Shown in pieces: positions 1 to 14,497 of a DNA stretch of 64,000 bases. Source of the DNA: Tubulanus polymorphus (lineage: Eukaryota; Animalia; Nemertea); the NCBI RefSeq assembly GCF_964204645.1, contig NC_134028.1, positions 22,812,345 to 22,876,344 on the forward strand, in the 5' to 3' direction. The translations under genes and the position numbers were made by a program. The notes below the pieces were generated by a model. That model had not been told where the DNA came from, made no database searches, and saw nothing but the letters and a program-made list of their open reading frames with translations. How positions within the stretch are numbered: the stretch's first letter is position 1; the number at the start of each line of letters is the position of its first letter.

Positions 1-281
1 ACCCTGCACTCTCTCAGTGCTCTCGATACAAGCTAACCAAACTCAATGATTCTACAAGATAACATTTATGCAGTCTGTTCTTCAATACACCAGATGGTAT
101 TTTCCTGGTGCACATGTTTCTGGCATCCTATTCACTGAACCAGTGTTAGGGATCTGTGAATGAGTTATTTGTTTTCTTAGTTATAAGTGAAGTTATAAAC
201 ATTACTGGCATCTAAAATGTACAGCATTCACCTGAGACATTGATAATATATATGCTTCATTTTCCCTTCTTAATCATGCAG

Positions 282-2024
282 GTGTTCGCAAGATTTTAAA
301 GAACGGCGACAAACAGATGTATAATTTAGAGAAACCAATCAATGATGCAGTGTTTCCTGGACTACAAGGAGGACCCCACAATCACGCTATTGCCGGTAAA
401 ATATTCTATTTTATATGTTATATGAACCAAATTGAGTCATGCACAATTGATAACCACACCAGCTTTGGTTCATCCATCAAGATTGAAGTTATAGGCTGAC
501 TGGACTCTTAATTTCCCCATCCTTTCAGAATTCTTTATTTCTCAACTTATTGATTTGGGTTTTTACAGGCGTCGCTGTTGCCTTGAAACAAGCGCTTACT
601 CCCGAGTATAAGGAATACCAGCAACAAGTGATCAAGAACTGTCAAGCTATGAGTAAAGTTATGGTAGAACGCGGATATAAAGTTGTAACAGGTAAAATGC
701 TTCGAATCCTTGAAAATCCAGTATCACTTAACTAACGAAATCTGCCTGATGAAATTCATTGAATATCTAAAGAGACCCGCTGAGCAGCTTTCAGAGTGGC
801 ATTAGCACGGGTTCCATCAATTCTCTCGATTGATAAAAGGGGTCGAAGTAATTGGATTAGAAACCAGTGACCAATGGCTTAAACCACTTGTTCACTAAAG
901 CTTTTCATTTAAGATTCCTGTGAAGAATCTCCTTCAATTTAACAACAACTAACGACACTCGGGCAGCACTACAGGTTTAACACGGTATTTTCCAAACCTT
1001 GTATTTCAGGGGGCAGCGATAATCACTTGATTCTCATTGACTTGAGATCGAAGGGAATTGACGGCGCCCGCGCTGAGAAAGTGCTCGAGGATATCAGCAT
1101 CGCCGTCAATAAGAACACTTGCCCAGGAGACAAGAGCGCACTGAAACCGAGCGGACTGCGTCTCGGTGCGCCGGCGCTCACTAGCCGTAATTTTACGGAG
1201 AAAGATTTCGAGCAGGTCGCCGATTTCATAGATAGAGGTGAGTGAACTAACCATTAGAAATCTGTTCTATAGGTCAATGACTCTGTGGCTAAAATTAGTT
1301 CATATACAATGATTTAACGAGAGTCAAATTGTGAAGCTCTGCCACCTGCAGCTTCCAATCCCCTTATTGTAGGTTATTTGACTCGTAAAGTTGACTTCAT
1401 CGTTACTGAGTAGAGGAGTAGTCAACTGTAGTTTTACAAGGTGGCTGCTTACGTACCTGGAAATCAGGGAAAAGTCAGGAAATTTTCATTCCTTTGAAAA
1501 ACGTCGGGGAATTGTTTAAAGAGAAGTTAAAAATCTGGGAATAGACGGGGAATTATGTTCAGATTGCAAGATCGCACGTAAAATCCAAGTTTCCGTGTAT
1601 GGCTTATGGATTTAACTGAATGTGTTAATTGAAAATTGAATGGAATTCTAAGCAGATCAAGTCAGGGAAAACGTGCATGTTCGGGAAATAGTAGTCAGCG
1701 CAGGGATAAAGCTAGTCAAATAAGATAAGCCACCTTGTTTTAACTGAAACTGACTGTAAGGACATAATTTCATGATGATAATTGAGTTGTCTTTTTGGTG
1801 AAATGCTCATGTGGCTATTTTTATCAATATCGTAAAATTGACGTCCTGGATTTTCAGGTGTGTTGCTAGCAATTGAAATTCAAGAAGGCTGCGGGCCTTT
1901 ACTGAAGGATTTCAAGGCTAAACTATCGACAGACGAAGGAACGAAGGCTAAAATCGCGGCGTTACGCGAACAGGTCGAAAAATTCGCGATCGATTTCCCG
2001 ATGCCCGGTTTCGACGATTGGTAA
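282..2024 (+). CDS. SHMT: Serine hydroxymethyltransferase, last four coding exons (5' part lies outside the window)
   Basis: Exons 282-395, 569-691, 1010-1237 and 1858-2024 join in frame with GT-AG boundaries. They contain [57 protein letters not shown] and the C-terminus [15 protein letters not shown] near 2595. Confidence 0.96.
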
Positions 2025-3814
2025 ACGTTTTTCGAGCTCCGGTGCTCTTCTACTGTTGTTTTACACGCGTTTTAATCGAATTCGGTCGTACGCACGGAAC
2101 TAACTTTAGTGGAATCGAATATTTTAATCATTGTTCATTCGAACGTAATGAATCGGTAGATTCAAGGTTCAACTAAACTACTAATAAGGAAAATAACTGC
2201 ACAAAGTTCAACGACTGAACTCATTCCTGATGAGTGAATTTACTATTATGTCTGATAATTATCGATGTGATCATGGTATTTTCATCGGTGTGCTGGAATT
2301 TTCCATGGTTCTTCGTCGTGGGGAAAATGGAAAATTACACACAATTTTGTAGTACAGTAATATACTATACGGATCTATGTAATAGATTTTGATCTCGATA
2401 AGGAAACCTACATTCGATATAAACGGTAGTTTAAAGTTCACATTGAATGATGAAATTACCGATAGCAATGAAAAGCCAGTTCCACAGTCCAGTTGAGTTG
2501 ATTTATTGGGGTTAGTATTTTTGTAAATAATGTATTTGGTCGTACATTCCTAATATGTGCAACATGACTAACACTGACGACAATTTTGTTATGAAATAAA
2601 TGCAATGATGATACAATTATTTCTATTCCTTGTATTTCCTTGTTCTCTAAAAGTTATTTCTTGAAATAAATGGACATATTTTCTCAGATGATGTAATTTT
2701 GTGTATTGCCTGGCTGGATAAGGACTTTTTTGGCTAATAACTAGAGTACAGGGTTTGCAGCAAGTCTTCTAAGAGCTACTTTTTGGAAAAACTTTGTTAT
2801 GGCCCTTATTTGTGCTTATTTATGCTGTGGAGGACCATGAGCAGCTATCTATTGGACGAATTGAGCTCAATGGGTCCTAGGATATCTCCAGGAGGTTGAT
2901 GTAATATTGTCAAAATTGAGGCAGAAGATCGGGAAGCTGGCCATGAACTTAAGCAATCCAAGTCCTGAAGTTGTGATTTACATCCAAAATGGTCTAATAA
3001 CCAAGAAGACTGATCATAAAGAGGATAGATTGGCTAAGAACAAGGCTTAGGATGGTTGAAAAATCTGAGTAACTATCTAGCTGGGTATGTAACATCCTCA
3101 GTAGTGGTGTAAGCCCAGCCAGGCAAGTCCCACCAACACTACTCAATCTAAAACTGAATCAACAACACCAGTCGCGTATTTTTGTTTAAAGATTTTATTG
3201 TGAATATCTTTGCAAATAAATTTGTTTCTTTTTTTTTATCAATCACCATTCACAATACACATTGTTAGTAGTATTATTAGTTGTTGTAGTAAACTGCCTT
3301 ATATCATTGCAGCAGATATTTGTAGAAGTAATGACGATCATCCTTATAACAGCACATCTATAGACGATATGCTCGTTATAGAACTCCGCATGCAAAAAAA
3401 GCCGGGAGGATTTCGTCGAAATCAAAATACCAATAATACATCAATTGAAAGCCTAAATTATCATGAAAGGCAGAACTATGAATGAATAAGACCAGCTGAA
3501 AGTCAATAAGCCGTCTCTCGAATTTCTACTTTTTATAAAATTCCACTTTCTTCCATACAGAGAGAACTAGTAATCCATCAAGAAGAATGCAATCCAGGAC
3601 CCAGTTCCCATCTATACAGCTAGATCCGTGGAACTGCCCCCTACTGTAATTACGGAAACATCTAGGCCATTCACACTGCATTAACATCAACATCATTCAA
3701 CGATAAAACTGAAAATTCATTCGAAACAATCGCACCTGATGAGCTCAACAGTTGTTGAGCCTGGTTACCGTTTGATATAAAATGGGCTTAAACCACAGGA
3801 ATTTGTACACCATA

Positions 3815-4026
3815 CCAAAATGAGCTCTATGATTGGTTAAATTTACCAAAATGAGCGCTACGTTTGGTCAAATTTACCCAATTGAGCTCTAGGATTGGGT
3901 ATATGAACCAAAATGAGCAATTAACCCAACCAAAATGAGCTACTATGGGCCCAACCACACCAAAATGAGCTCTAGGATTCGTTAAATTTACCCATTGAGG
4001 CTCCAGGTAAATGATCAAAATGAGCT
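3815..4026. repeat. Degenerate ~42-bp tandem repeat (ACCAAAATGAGCT core)
   Basis: Several recurring CAAAATGAGC / CCCATTGAGC blocks. Confidence 0.7.
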
Positions 4027-4229
4027 TTACACTTAGCTCCATTTCCATTGTATTTTTCATGCGCAGAAATCAAATATTTCTTTAACAACGAACGCGACTA
4101 GAAATACAAGAAATCGATAAGCTTTTTTGCCCCACAAATTTCGCTAATCAATTTTCCCCCCGATCCTTGCGCAGGGTTCATCGCAGACTCGCTGTGTACC
4201 CTGCACCACAGCTTTCACTATTATTGACT

Positions 4230-4263
4230 TTAATAATAATAATAATAATAATAATAATTATAA
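4230..4263. repeat. (TAA)n microsatellite
   Basis: About 10 perfect units. Confidence 0.95.
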
Positions 4264-4832
4264 TTCAACCTAAACAATTCGGGCGTCATTTCATTAAAAT
4301 TCAAACATAAATATATACTATATATACACATACACCATACAGTTCGAGGCTTTAACCAGGGTGGCGTAACTCCCCGTTTCAAATGACCCCTGACCTTACA
4401 TCCCGTCCGAACTACGGACCTGGTAATAATTTCATTCATTCGTTACAAATGCAGCCAATCACATTGTTATTTATTTATTATTTTGTTGATATCCACCGCT
4501 AACCCGAGAGCAATGAAATTAAAAGAAATACGTATGATTCAACCGAATACGCAGGAAAGAATTCAAAACAAATAACCGGTCGAAGTGTGAATTCTCACAA
4601 ACCCTGAACAATATGGTCCATATAATAATACAGTTAACTTACACCTTACTCGGCGACTGCTGTAAATATATCTCACGCCCGAGTCGAGAATCGGTGAAAG
4701 ACGACGTTTTCCTGAATAAGTTTTTCGGAAAAAGTTTCAACTTGCAGTAAAGCACTTGGGTTTTAAGGTTTACACGAAGAGTGCACATTATCTTTAACAC
4801 AAACTTACAGCAAACGTATTTCCGAGAAATCA

Positions 4833-5077
4833 GAGAACTGACGATAAAACCCACTAGTCCAAAACATTGTTATTTCAATACCTCTCGTAATTTTTCTATC
4901 GTGAATAAATCTTTTCAACTTTTTAATTTGTGCATAAAGTAAAAGTGGGCTTCTGAGATATCAAAGAACTGATGATATAAACCCACTAGTCCAAAACATT
5001 GTTATTTCAATACCTCTCGTAATTTTTCTATCGAAAATAGAATCTTTACAATTTGTGCACAAGTAAAAGTGGGCTTC
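4833..5077. repeat. ~130-bp direct tandem duplication in the probable eRF3 3' UTR
   Basis: AACCCACTAGTCCAAAACATTGTTATTTCAATACCTCTCGTAATTTTTCTATCG...GTAAAAGTGGGCTTC occurs twice. Confidence 0.9.
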
Positions 5078-6088
5078 ATGTACTCACAATTTAATCTACA
5101 GTACGTATCTAGTAGACCGGGCTCGCCTTGGATCTCTCCGTACAAATTAAACTCTACGAGCTATGCGAATCCCGGGGCAGTTGGAGCAAGGATGGGTCGT
5201 GTGTAACGTATCTTAAAGGCATCCCGTGGCGATCAGCTCCGGGGTAAACGCAGTCTACCGTACAGATTTTCACACATATAACATGGAATTGAAGTGTATC
5301 TTGTGTGTTTGAAGAATTAATGCCGATATAGTTTGATAGAGCGTATGAATGTAACTGAAGACAGTAATAAATACAGAGAAATAACGACAGGAAATCTACA
5401 AATCAGCTATGATAATAGCACCAATCTGATCGATGAACACCAGTCATTCCTGGATATACATAAGAAAAACTTTCAAATTTGGAGAAAGTGTCTGCATCAC
5501 TTTCATATCCCAATTACAGTAGACTCCTCCTAAATCCGTACCGTTGGGTCCTAGTCCCAACTGTGTCGATTTTTAGGCGTAGTTTACTGTACAACTACAA
5601 ACTAGACAAAAATTTCTAACTTCTGAGATATTTCTATTCCTATTTCTCAACATTGTAGGAGTTTTAACAGAGTTTCGGGCATTTTACTCAAATCAATTTT
5701 TAAGGGGTTCTAAGCACCTTTAAAAGCATTTTCCATTTAGAAGGAATCAAGGTGTCGCAGGGAAACTCATTGAACAACCCAAGTGCTTTCGATGATAGTC
5801 AATTCAAACACCCAGCAACCAGTTCAGGGATGCTGCTGCTGCTATCAATAACGTCACATTTCCCATTCATATATTCCATACACCACTTAACGTAATACCA
5901 GTCTCAACGGGGGGATGAATTTAACAACAATGATATCAACTTCTCTCTCACTCTCTCGTTGCGATTGGAAGTTCCGGTTATTTCTTTCACGTATTCCTCG
6001 ACACGCGATATTTTCGAATAATCGCATCTTTTGTTATCGAACGTCCGATAAAAAGTCTTAACATTTAACATTTTTGTTTTTGATATTC

Positions 6089-9000
6089 TTAATTCTTGTC
6101 GATGACCTTCAGCACTTTTCCGATGGCGATTGTTTTACCTGAAATGGTTGAAATTTAAATCGTGAACATGAGATCAGAGAAAGTTTCAAATCGTCGGTCT
6201 ACTCTAATACAGCAAAGACGGTTACTGGGTGGCCACTTTCCGCCAATTTACAAATCCCCTGAATTTTTTTGTTGAAAATTCCCTGAGTAAATCAGGGGCC
6301 AGTTGCATAGTAAGACAAGTCTAAGACCAAATTAGTTCTATAGCCAATCTAACAACTTAAGACCAGTCTTAAGATTTAAGACCACTTTTGGACTTAAGTC
6401 ACGACTGTACAACTGGCCCCTGAGGAATTTCTTGGTTTAAAACGTTAAAATCTATCCATTTTTATTTGTCATATATCCTGATTTCTTTTCTCGATTTTTC
6501 TGATTCCCTGAGTTTTACCCGTAAGTGGCTGGCCTGGGTAAAAGCCTGATTTATGACAAGCAACTCTTGGATGATTGACATAACACGAAACGCACCTTCA
6601 TCTCGAAGGGTAAATCGACCCATTTGTGGAAAGTCTTTGAATGTTTCCATGCATATCATGCCACCGTTGACTTCGAATCGAGCTATAGCTACTTGGTCCT
6701 GTTTAACGAATCGCGGCCGCAATTTCGTTTTGTCGCCGGTTTTCTTATCGAGAAGACAAAGCAAGCCCTGAAAACGAATCAGACTGGAGATTAACTACGG
6801 TCTATTGAGCTTCGTCAGCAGTATTGAGCTTCATTGCAGTAAATATTTCATCGAGTTCAGAATCAGAGAACTCAGTAGTGTTGAGACTGTTGTAAATATT
6901 TCACTGAGTTGAGAATCAGGGAACTCGGTAGCGTTGAGACTGTTGTAAATATTTCACTGAGTTGAGAAGCAGGGAACTCGGTAGCGTTGGGACTGCTGTA
7001 AATATTTCACTGAGTTGAGAATCAGGGAACTCGGTAAGTGTTAGGACTGCTGTAAATATTCCGAGTTGAGAAGCAGGGAACTCGGTAAGTATTAGGACTG
7101 CTGTAAATATTCCGAGTTGAGAATGAGGGAACTCAGTAGCGTTGGGACTGCAGTAAATATTTCACCGAGCTGAGAAGCAGGGAACTCGGTAGCGTTGGGA
7201 CTGCAGTAAATATCTCACAGAGTTGAGAACCAGAGAATTCGGTAGGGTTTAGACAGCCGTAACTATTTCATTGAGTTCAGAATCAGGGAACTCTGCAGTG
7301 TTCCATGGATCAGAGTGAAATCCGACTCAATAAGTTCTTCTCAAAATATTTGACCCGCCTCATATCAATCAATCAAACTGACGAATGGCACAATTGTTTA
7401 TAAGAGAAATATATTACGCTACCTTCAATGTGACTTCTTCAGCGCAAGAGTGAATATGCATAACTGCACTGTAACCAGCACATATGATGGACTTATGTTC
7501 TAAAATAACCACCTGAAACACGAAATGAATGAAGAATTAAGTGAAGATGCTGGGGTTCTAGATTTCCCTAACGTAGAAATGTCTTAAAAGGAATGAAGTG
7601 GTTTGAAATCTGTGAATTCTTATGACAGTTCAGCAAAAACTTAAGCCGACAGAAGCCAGTCGCTCAAAGGTAAGATTAACTTGTGAGATCGACAAAGCGC
7701 CAATTGAAACCATTGTAACTACAGTCTTCCACGAAGGTCGGATCAATTCATAACAAACTTTTGAGCGAATGGCCGCGGGCTCACTTTGAATTTATCAATT
7801 GAGCGAAGGAAACAAGTTTTACCTGGGCGTCGAAAACTTTACCCGTCGTACATAGATTATTAGAATCACACAATACGAAACCAGACGATACATCCTACAA
7901 AAACAACAACAAATCTCCAGAATTACCGATCAATCTCTTCCAAATTTCTTTTAACCATTCATTTCATTATAGAGGAAGAAACTCGAATTTTCATTACAGC
8001 ATTGCTCATTCAATTTTATCAATAATAATAACAAATGTCATTTATATAGCGCAGGTATCCTAAAAGGAGTCCAGTTCAAATGCGCTCCAATTGGTATCAT
8101 CCAGGGTTCTTGCAGATCTGGAAATCCAAAATTCCCTGATAATTCCCCGATTTTCACTGATCCTTGACCCAAAATTCCATGATCATCGTCATCAGCAGCA
8201 TAAATGAGGCACCGATACAAAAATGAGTGCTCGATACAAACCTCTTCTTCTACATTTTTGAGCTTGACTTTCACGTTCTCCCCGGAATACGCTACTTCAT
8301 TTTCTATTTCATCTGACCATAGTTGTAACACTTCTACAACTACCTGTAAATATCACACGAAATAAGCTTTTGTACTCTTTATAATTCAGTGTACACATGG
8401 ACGAATGAAGACACCGATAGACAAGTCAGCCATCACTTCAATAAGAATTGAATCACTCAGCAACGTGGACCCCTCTGACACTCGATATTACATCACTTCA
8501 ATTAAGTCAGATTTCGATAGTCCACACTTTACGTGTTCAGAACTCTTGCACCCCCTCCTAGAAGCATTTTTGATTGAACTTTTGAATCAAACACTTGAAA
8601 CTACTATGGGTTCATTCATTTATTACGTACGCATGAAACTTGACTTTTTTCATGATGTAGGGGCCTACATTGAACGTTTGAAGAAAGAAAGGTCCTTAAG
8701 ATACAAAATTCTTGGTTACAATTGTTAAAATTTGAGGGGATTTTGAGGGACAAAAGGCTAAAACTCAGAATTTGAGGGATTTTGTACCCTCAAAAATGGA
8801 TTTTGGAATTTGAGGGGTTTTTGAGGGATTTGAGGGGCTGTAGGAACCATGTTTTTCAACCCCCCTCCCCTTCTGTGCGCACAATCGGCCATTTTTTCAT
8901 ATACATTAAGCATTACAGAATGCAATTGCACTTACCCCTCCCCTAATGCGTACGTAATAAATGAATGATCCCTATGGCAAATGTGGTGGATCAGGGCTGC

Positions 9001-12000
9001 AGTTTTGGAAGATAAGTTTATAACGTTTTGAAACTCATAGCTTTTTTAAAATTGGTATTTCTAAAAAGTACATGTAATTTATTCTCTAAGGTAAAACAGA
9101 GCATCCAGTTAACAAAACCGACCGAATGTAAGCCACTGACAGTGAGACAGTAACTAGCGCTGACTTACCCGATTCGGCATCATCGTTAACATCTGTCCCC
9201 GCGCGACCGAGCCCGATTCTACTTTTCCTAATACAACAGTTCCCATATCCTGAAGAAAAAAATTATTTGCAATAAAAAAACTGGGAGAAGATTAACTCGC
9301 AGACGAATAAGCTTAGCGATTTAATTCATATTCAAGTACACATATATAGATTTGTCGATAAAACATCTGCTCACGTTACTATTACACTGAGACAGGTTGA
9401 TCGGATCCCACCATGTCATATTCTAACGTACATAAATCTCGTGACAAGTGTTTGTGCACATTAACAGGTATAAACAGCAGACGCGCGGCAACGGGAAAAA
9501 CGACTTCTAACATTTTTGCCATTACCGGTATCTGAATGCCGACAGGGTGGATCCAGGATTAGACATGGGAGGGGGGATTCAAGGTTAAAATTAATCCGCA
9601 GGATATCAAGTGCAGAGCATGAAATTTTTCATTCTACGAAAAATAGAAACCACCAAATGCATTTTCCTGCATCTAACCATTGAAATTTAACATTCTTCAG
9701 TGACGTAGGAGTAACTACTGATTTTTTTTTCCAGAATCATTTGAAAAGAATCGGAAAAGCAGTGATAAATGAAAGCCATTTTTCAGGGGGGGGGGGGACT
9801 TACAGACACCCTGAAATACCCCCTGGCCCGAATCGATCGGACATGCATCGTCTATTTTTGAACGTACCTTGTATCGATCTACTAGTGGCAGTCGTAGCGG
9901 GCCGTCATCTCTTCGTTTCATTGATGGTAATCTATCTAAATATTCTATTAAACACGGTCCACTGAAACGATTAGAATCCGAATCTTAATTCACCCTGCTC
10001 AAACATGTTTAGTTTGGCACTGCTTCTAAACGTCACATACAGGAAAAAAATTATCAGTAAAATTATGAATACTAAGCATTTATCTTTTTCCCTTAAAAGT
10101 TCTCGCACCCCGGTCTGAATAACTCACTTGAACCACGAACACTCCTCTTTCGGCGGAGGATCTTTAAGGAAAGCACCAGTTAATCCAGAAACTGGCATGA
10201 AATAAATATCCGTTTTCGGATTGAAGCCACAATGTCTCCTTAAATACGGAATCAATTTATCTTTACATTCATCATATCTGAAAACAACAACACAATCAAT
10301 AATTAAAATAAATTCATTCGGGGATGACCTCCTCCCCGCAGTGTTTTCAATTAGAGCCAGGTCCCAGACCTGTCTGTTGTTTGTAAAGGACCCGCCTGTT
10401 TTTTCAAACCAGCTTTTCTTTGAGGGACTGTGATATATTATGGGACCCTCCTGTTTTTCAAAGGGACCTGGCTTGTTAATTTCTTATTGAAAACACTGGC
10501 CCCCGTACCCCAGCAGCTTACATTAACTGCCACTCTCAGCTCCAATGGTTCTTAAAGATCAAAGAATCAAAAATTCCCCGATTTCCTCAAGACTCTAGAC
10601 CAAAATTGTGCAGGATTTAATCATTTGATATCCTCACACTTCCATTTAGACAACACTCGCTAGACTCTAGTAGAGGAACATATCTAAACTGTTTTTATAT
10701 AAAACTTATTCACTTTTATTATCATTATGCTCAGTGGGGGCTGTTTGTTTCGACAAGAGCGAGAATTCTTTGATCTCTCCTGCAGGGAAACCTAACTGAA
10801 ATTCCCGGACCTGTAAGAACCCGGGATGTGCCCAGAGAATGTCATCTATGGAGATAAAATTCACCTACCGCTTTTTGTCCCATAATACAGTTGGGTCATC
10901 CATTTTATTAATGAGTACTATAAGATGCTTGACTCCAGCAGTTTTCGCTAACATGGCGTGTTCACGTGTTTGACCACCGCGATCGAAACCGGTTTCGAAT
11001 TCACCTTTACGCGCCGAGATCACCTGCAATATTCAACACGCACACATACGGTGAATAATGACTCGAACTCCTTTCAAATCCCACTGAATCTAACCGGATT
11101 ATAGAGAAGCGATCCAGTGATAAAACCATCCACACTTTCACAGAATCTTTCAAGCCCCGTGTGTAGTTTAAGAATCTGTACCAATCCGAGCTATTTTTTT
11201 TTTAAATTTTTTGAGCAATAGAACATAAACACACTTACTAGAACAGCTAAATCTGCTTGCGATGCACCTCCGATCATGTTCGGCACAAAACTCTTGTGAC
11301 CGGGAGCATCTAATATCGTGAAATGTTTCATTTCCGTCTCGAAGTACGCGCGACCTACTTCTACCGTCTTTCCTTTATCTCTTTCTTCGGTGTTTGTGTC
11401 CAGAGCCCACGACAAATACCTACGACGTACAGCAAAAATAATCATCATTTGATGCCAATTGGGAATATGACGAGAATTCGAGAAAATTCTGATCGAAATT
11501 TCATGAGGGTAATATAATAACGAGATATTAACGTTGAAAATTCAATCCATAAATGGGATTGACCACGATTGATTGATGAAACACCTACCAACTCTCTCTG
11601 TTCTTTTCTTTAGCTTCACGTTCATATTTCTCTAAAGTTCGCTTGTCGACCATTCCCGTCACATACCTTCAAAAACAAATACACAAACAATTTATTCAAC
11701 CAATTTCAATGTGAACTGATTTTGCGGTGTCGGTTTACACTAAAACAACTTACATTATGTGTCCTCCAATTGTCGATTTTCCAGCATCTGAAAGTATCAA
11801 AAACAAGCGAATTTATGGTCGGCACAGTCTTAACTGAAGTCAAATTGAATTTCAATTCAAATTACAGTAAAGCCATAATCAGAGGTTGCACAATGCAACG
11901 CAATGTGTTACGAAACAAAACATTGTAGAACTACAAACATGGTCTTAAACTTAACGCATTTAAGAATTAAATCAAGATCATGTCTGTGACTGATCGTACA

Positions 12001-14168
12001 GCAGCAGCTGGTGATTGTGCACTCATGTGATTGGTCTTACCTACGTGTCCGATGAACACGACGTTCACGTGCTCTTTCTTCACCTCGCATTCAGACGGAA
12101 TTCGAACTTTCTTCGGAATCATTTCCTCATCGTCGTCCTCATCATCTTCGTCGTCTTGTACTTCCATTTCGGTGACCTGATCGCGTTCCTCGTCATCGCC
12201 GTTCGCGACCGCCGCCCAATCATCTGAAAAACAGCAAAAAATTGACGAAGTTTTAAACCGGTTTCCGAGTGTTATTCAGTCCTTGCACAGGTCCCTAAGT
12301 TAATTTCTGGGGAGTTTCCAGGAAAAATGATTTCAATTCTCAAGGAAGTGTCTGCATCTCATATTTATCCTAAATACCGTGGACTCCTAAATCGCTATAT
12401 TGTTTATCTCGGTAAATCATTAATACAGTGGTTTTGTAAGCACTTACAGCGGAACCTTGTTACAATGAATTTCACGGGACCAGAAAATCTGTTCGTTAAC
12501 CGATAGTTCATTATATCCAGTATGAAACCAATCAAATTGTCATTGCACAAATTTCTATTTTTGTTATATCCGATGAATCGTTGTATCCAAGTTTGTTATA
12601 ACGTTATAAGAATTAGGCTCAGTCAGTGAAACAATTGTCAACATTTTCATTTGAATAGTGACTAGTGATAGATATGTAACATCATTGCCCGTTTATTTCT
12701 ACCGAAACGAAACTGCAACCAGTAGCAACCTAACCAAAAATTGTATGGAACTAATTTTGTTCACGAAACCGGAGCCAGAGACACGGATGCAACTTCGCCC
12801 AAGGGAGAGATGACTGATACATGGAATACAGTTATTAAAATTTAATAAGAATTTGAGGGATTTTGTACCCTCAAAAATGGATTTTGGAATTTGAGGGGTT
12901 TTTGAGGGATTTGAGGGGCTGTAGGAACCATGTAAATAGACTGGGTGTAAGAGTACCAATTTGGAGCGCATTTGAGCTGGTCTCAATTTAGGATACGTGC
13001 ACCATACACTAATGACATTTATTATCGTAGTGGAATAAATTACATTTTAAATCACACCACAATACCGTTAAAAAGTAGGCTCAGTAAAAAAAATTGTCAA
13101 CATTTTCGTTGTTGAATCGTGACTAGTGATAGATATATGTAACATCATTGCCTGTTTTGATTGATTTATATCAAGATTATAATTTGAGAGTTAATAAATT
13201 ACCTGGAGGAGGTGGTTCTGCTTCTTCAACTTTCTCGACCGGCGAAGAGTCTGAAATTTTAACAAATCGAAATTTTAACGGCTTTAGTCGAACCCGGTTG
13301 AAACTCAAGCCCACAATATATGGCCTTCTATTTTATCAAAACTGATTTTAATTGCTTAATTGACGCCGAGTCCACCTGATGTAAGATATACAGAGATAAT
13401 TAGTACTTTATAGGTTAACTGGTTTACTAATAGGGAAAGCTTGAGCGTCAAATAAAATGGTTAACCTATAAAAGTACTATTCATCTCGTACTTAATTGGC
13501 TTTAAAACCAAGAGCCTAGACTGGTCTTAAGTTGTTAAGATTGACTACAGACCTAAAATGAAATGAGTTTTAACTGGTCTTAAACTTGTTAGATTTGCTT
13601 TAGTTCACTTTGTTAAAACAAGAGGCGTTTGTGACAGTTTATCGAGATTGAATGAAGTTTATTTTTACCATTTGTTGGAGCATTGTCTATTGTGGCATCC
13701 CCGGCTGCCCCTGAAAAACAAATCAGGTGAACTAAAGAATATTCTTAAACTAGCTTGAAAAACTTTAATTCCTGAATAAATAAGGGGACTTTTTAACTGC
13801 TATCCCCCAAAGAAGCTCCCGTCCATCGGGCCCTTCGCATCAGACACTCGTCCCGCCCAACAGCAGGTCAGCCCTACCTTCACAAATTATATTAGTGACA
13901 ATTCAAAAATATCTCAGATGAATATGCAGCAATGATGTAGAGACTTACTGGAATCTGTATTGTTATCAGTTGTTACTGGGCTGACAGATGCTGGAGGAGC
14001 AGCAGCAGCAGCAGCCGGAGCCGGCGCTTGCGCCAGCCAGGAAGGCACAAATTCTGGCGCACCGACATTCAATCTTGACAAGCCTTGAGAAGCGTCTTTT
14101 ACTTGATCGTCCACTTCACCGTCGTCCCACGAGTCGGGCAGATTGTTCTGGTTATCGGTTTGAGACAT
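6089..14168 (-). CDS. GSPT1: Eukaryotic peptide chain release factor GTP-binding subunit eRF3
   Basis: Exons 14168-13949, 13710-13669, 13250-13203, 12223-12041, 11787-11754, 11666-11589, 11419-11239, 11023-10869, 10277-10128, 9961-9868, 9249-9169, 8343-8242, 7894-7823, 7512-7423, 6767-6596, 6138-6089. Motifs: PAM2 ([10 protein letters not shown]), G1 (GHVDAGKST), [20 protein letters not shown], and C-terminal [18 protein letters not shown] possible poly(A) signal lies at 3194-3199 (-). Confidence 0.96.
6838..7300. repeat. ~60-bp minisatellite in an eRF3 intron
   Basis: About 8 units of GTAAATATTTCACTGAGTTGAGAATCAGGGAACTCGGTAGCGTTG.GACTG. Confidence 0.9.
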
Positions 14169-14497
14169 TTTGTCGGCGTTAGTTAGTTTTATTCGCCGGA
14201 ATTTTCGACAATTCCAGCTGGAATAACTCGCTCTGATCACCGCGTGTGTACTGATTAGTGACGTCACGTCTAATGGCGGCCGCCGCCGAGTCATTCCGGG
14301 AATCGACGGAGTTTACCGGAAATTCACTACACTCTTAACAAAACTTCTCTGAATACTTCATTCAAATTCTTGTGGAATAATTCGTGCTAAGCGGGAATGA
14401 GTCACATTATCTGAAATCTTGAACTCATTTGAAAATGTAATTGCAATAATAAAGCGGATTGTTAAATTGGCTCTGGCAAGCGAGGTAGAACGGCAAA
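14169..14497. promoter_or_regulatory. Bidirectional promoter region between eRF3 and LUC7L3
   Basis: The divergent ATGs are 329 bp apart. CRE palindrome TGACGTCA at 14259-14266; YY1-like AATGGCGGC near 14272 and CAAAATGGCGGC over the LUC7L3 ATG; ETS-like CCGGAA near 14316; AP-1-like TGAGTCA near 14398. Confidence 0.7.

Noticed and set aside
3722-3765. Hammerhead-like CTGATGA followed by the hairpin GCTCAACA-G-TTGTTGAGC
   Set aside because: No GAAA follows stem II, and no NUH cleavage triplet or stems I/III can be formed.
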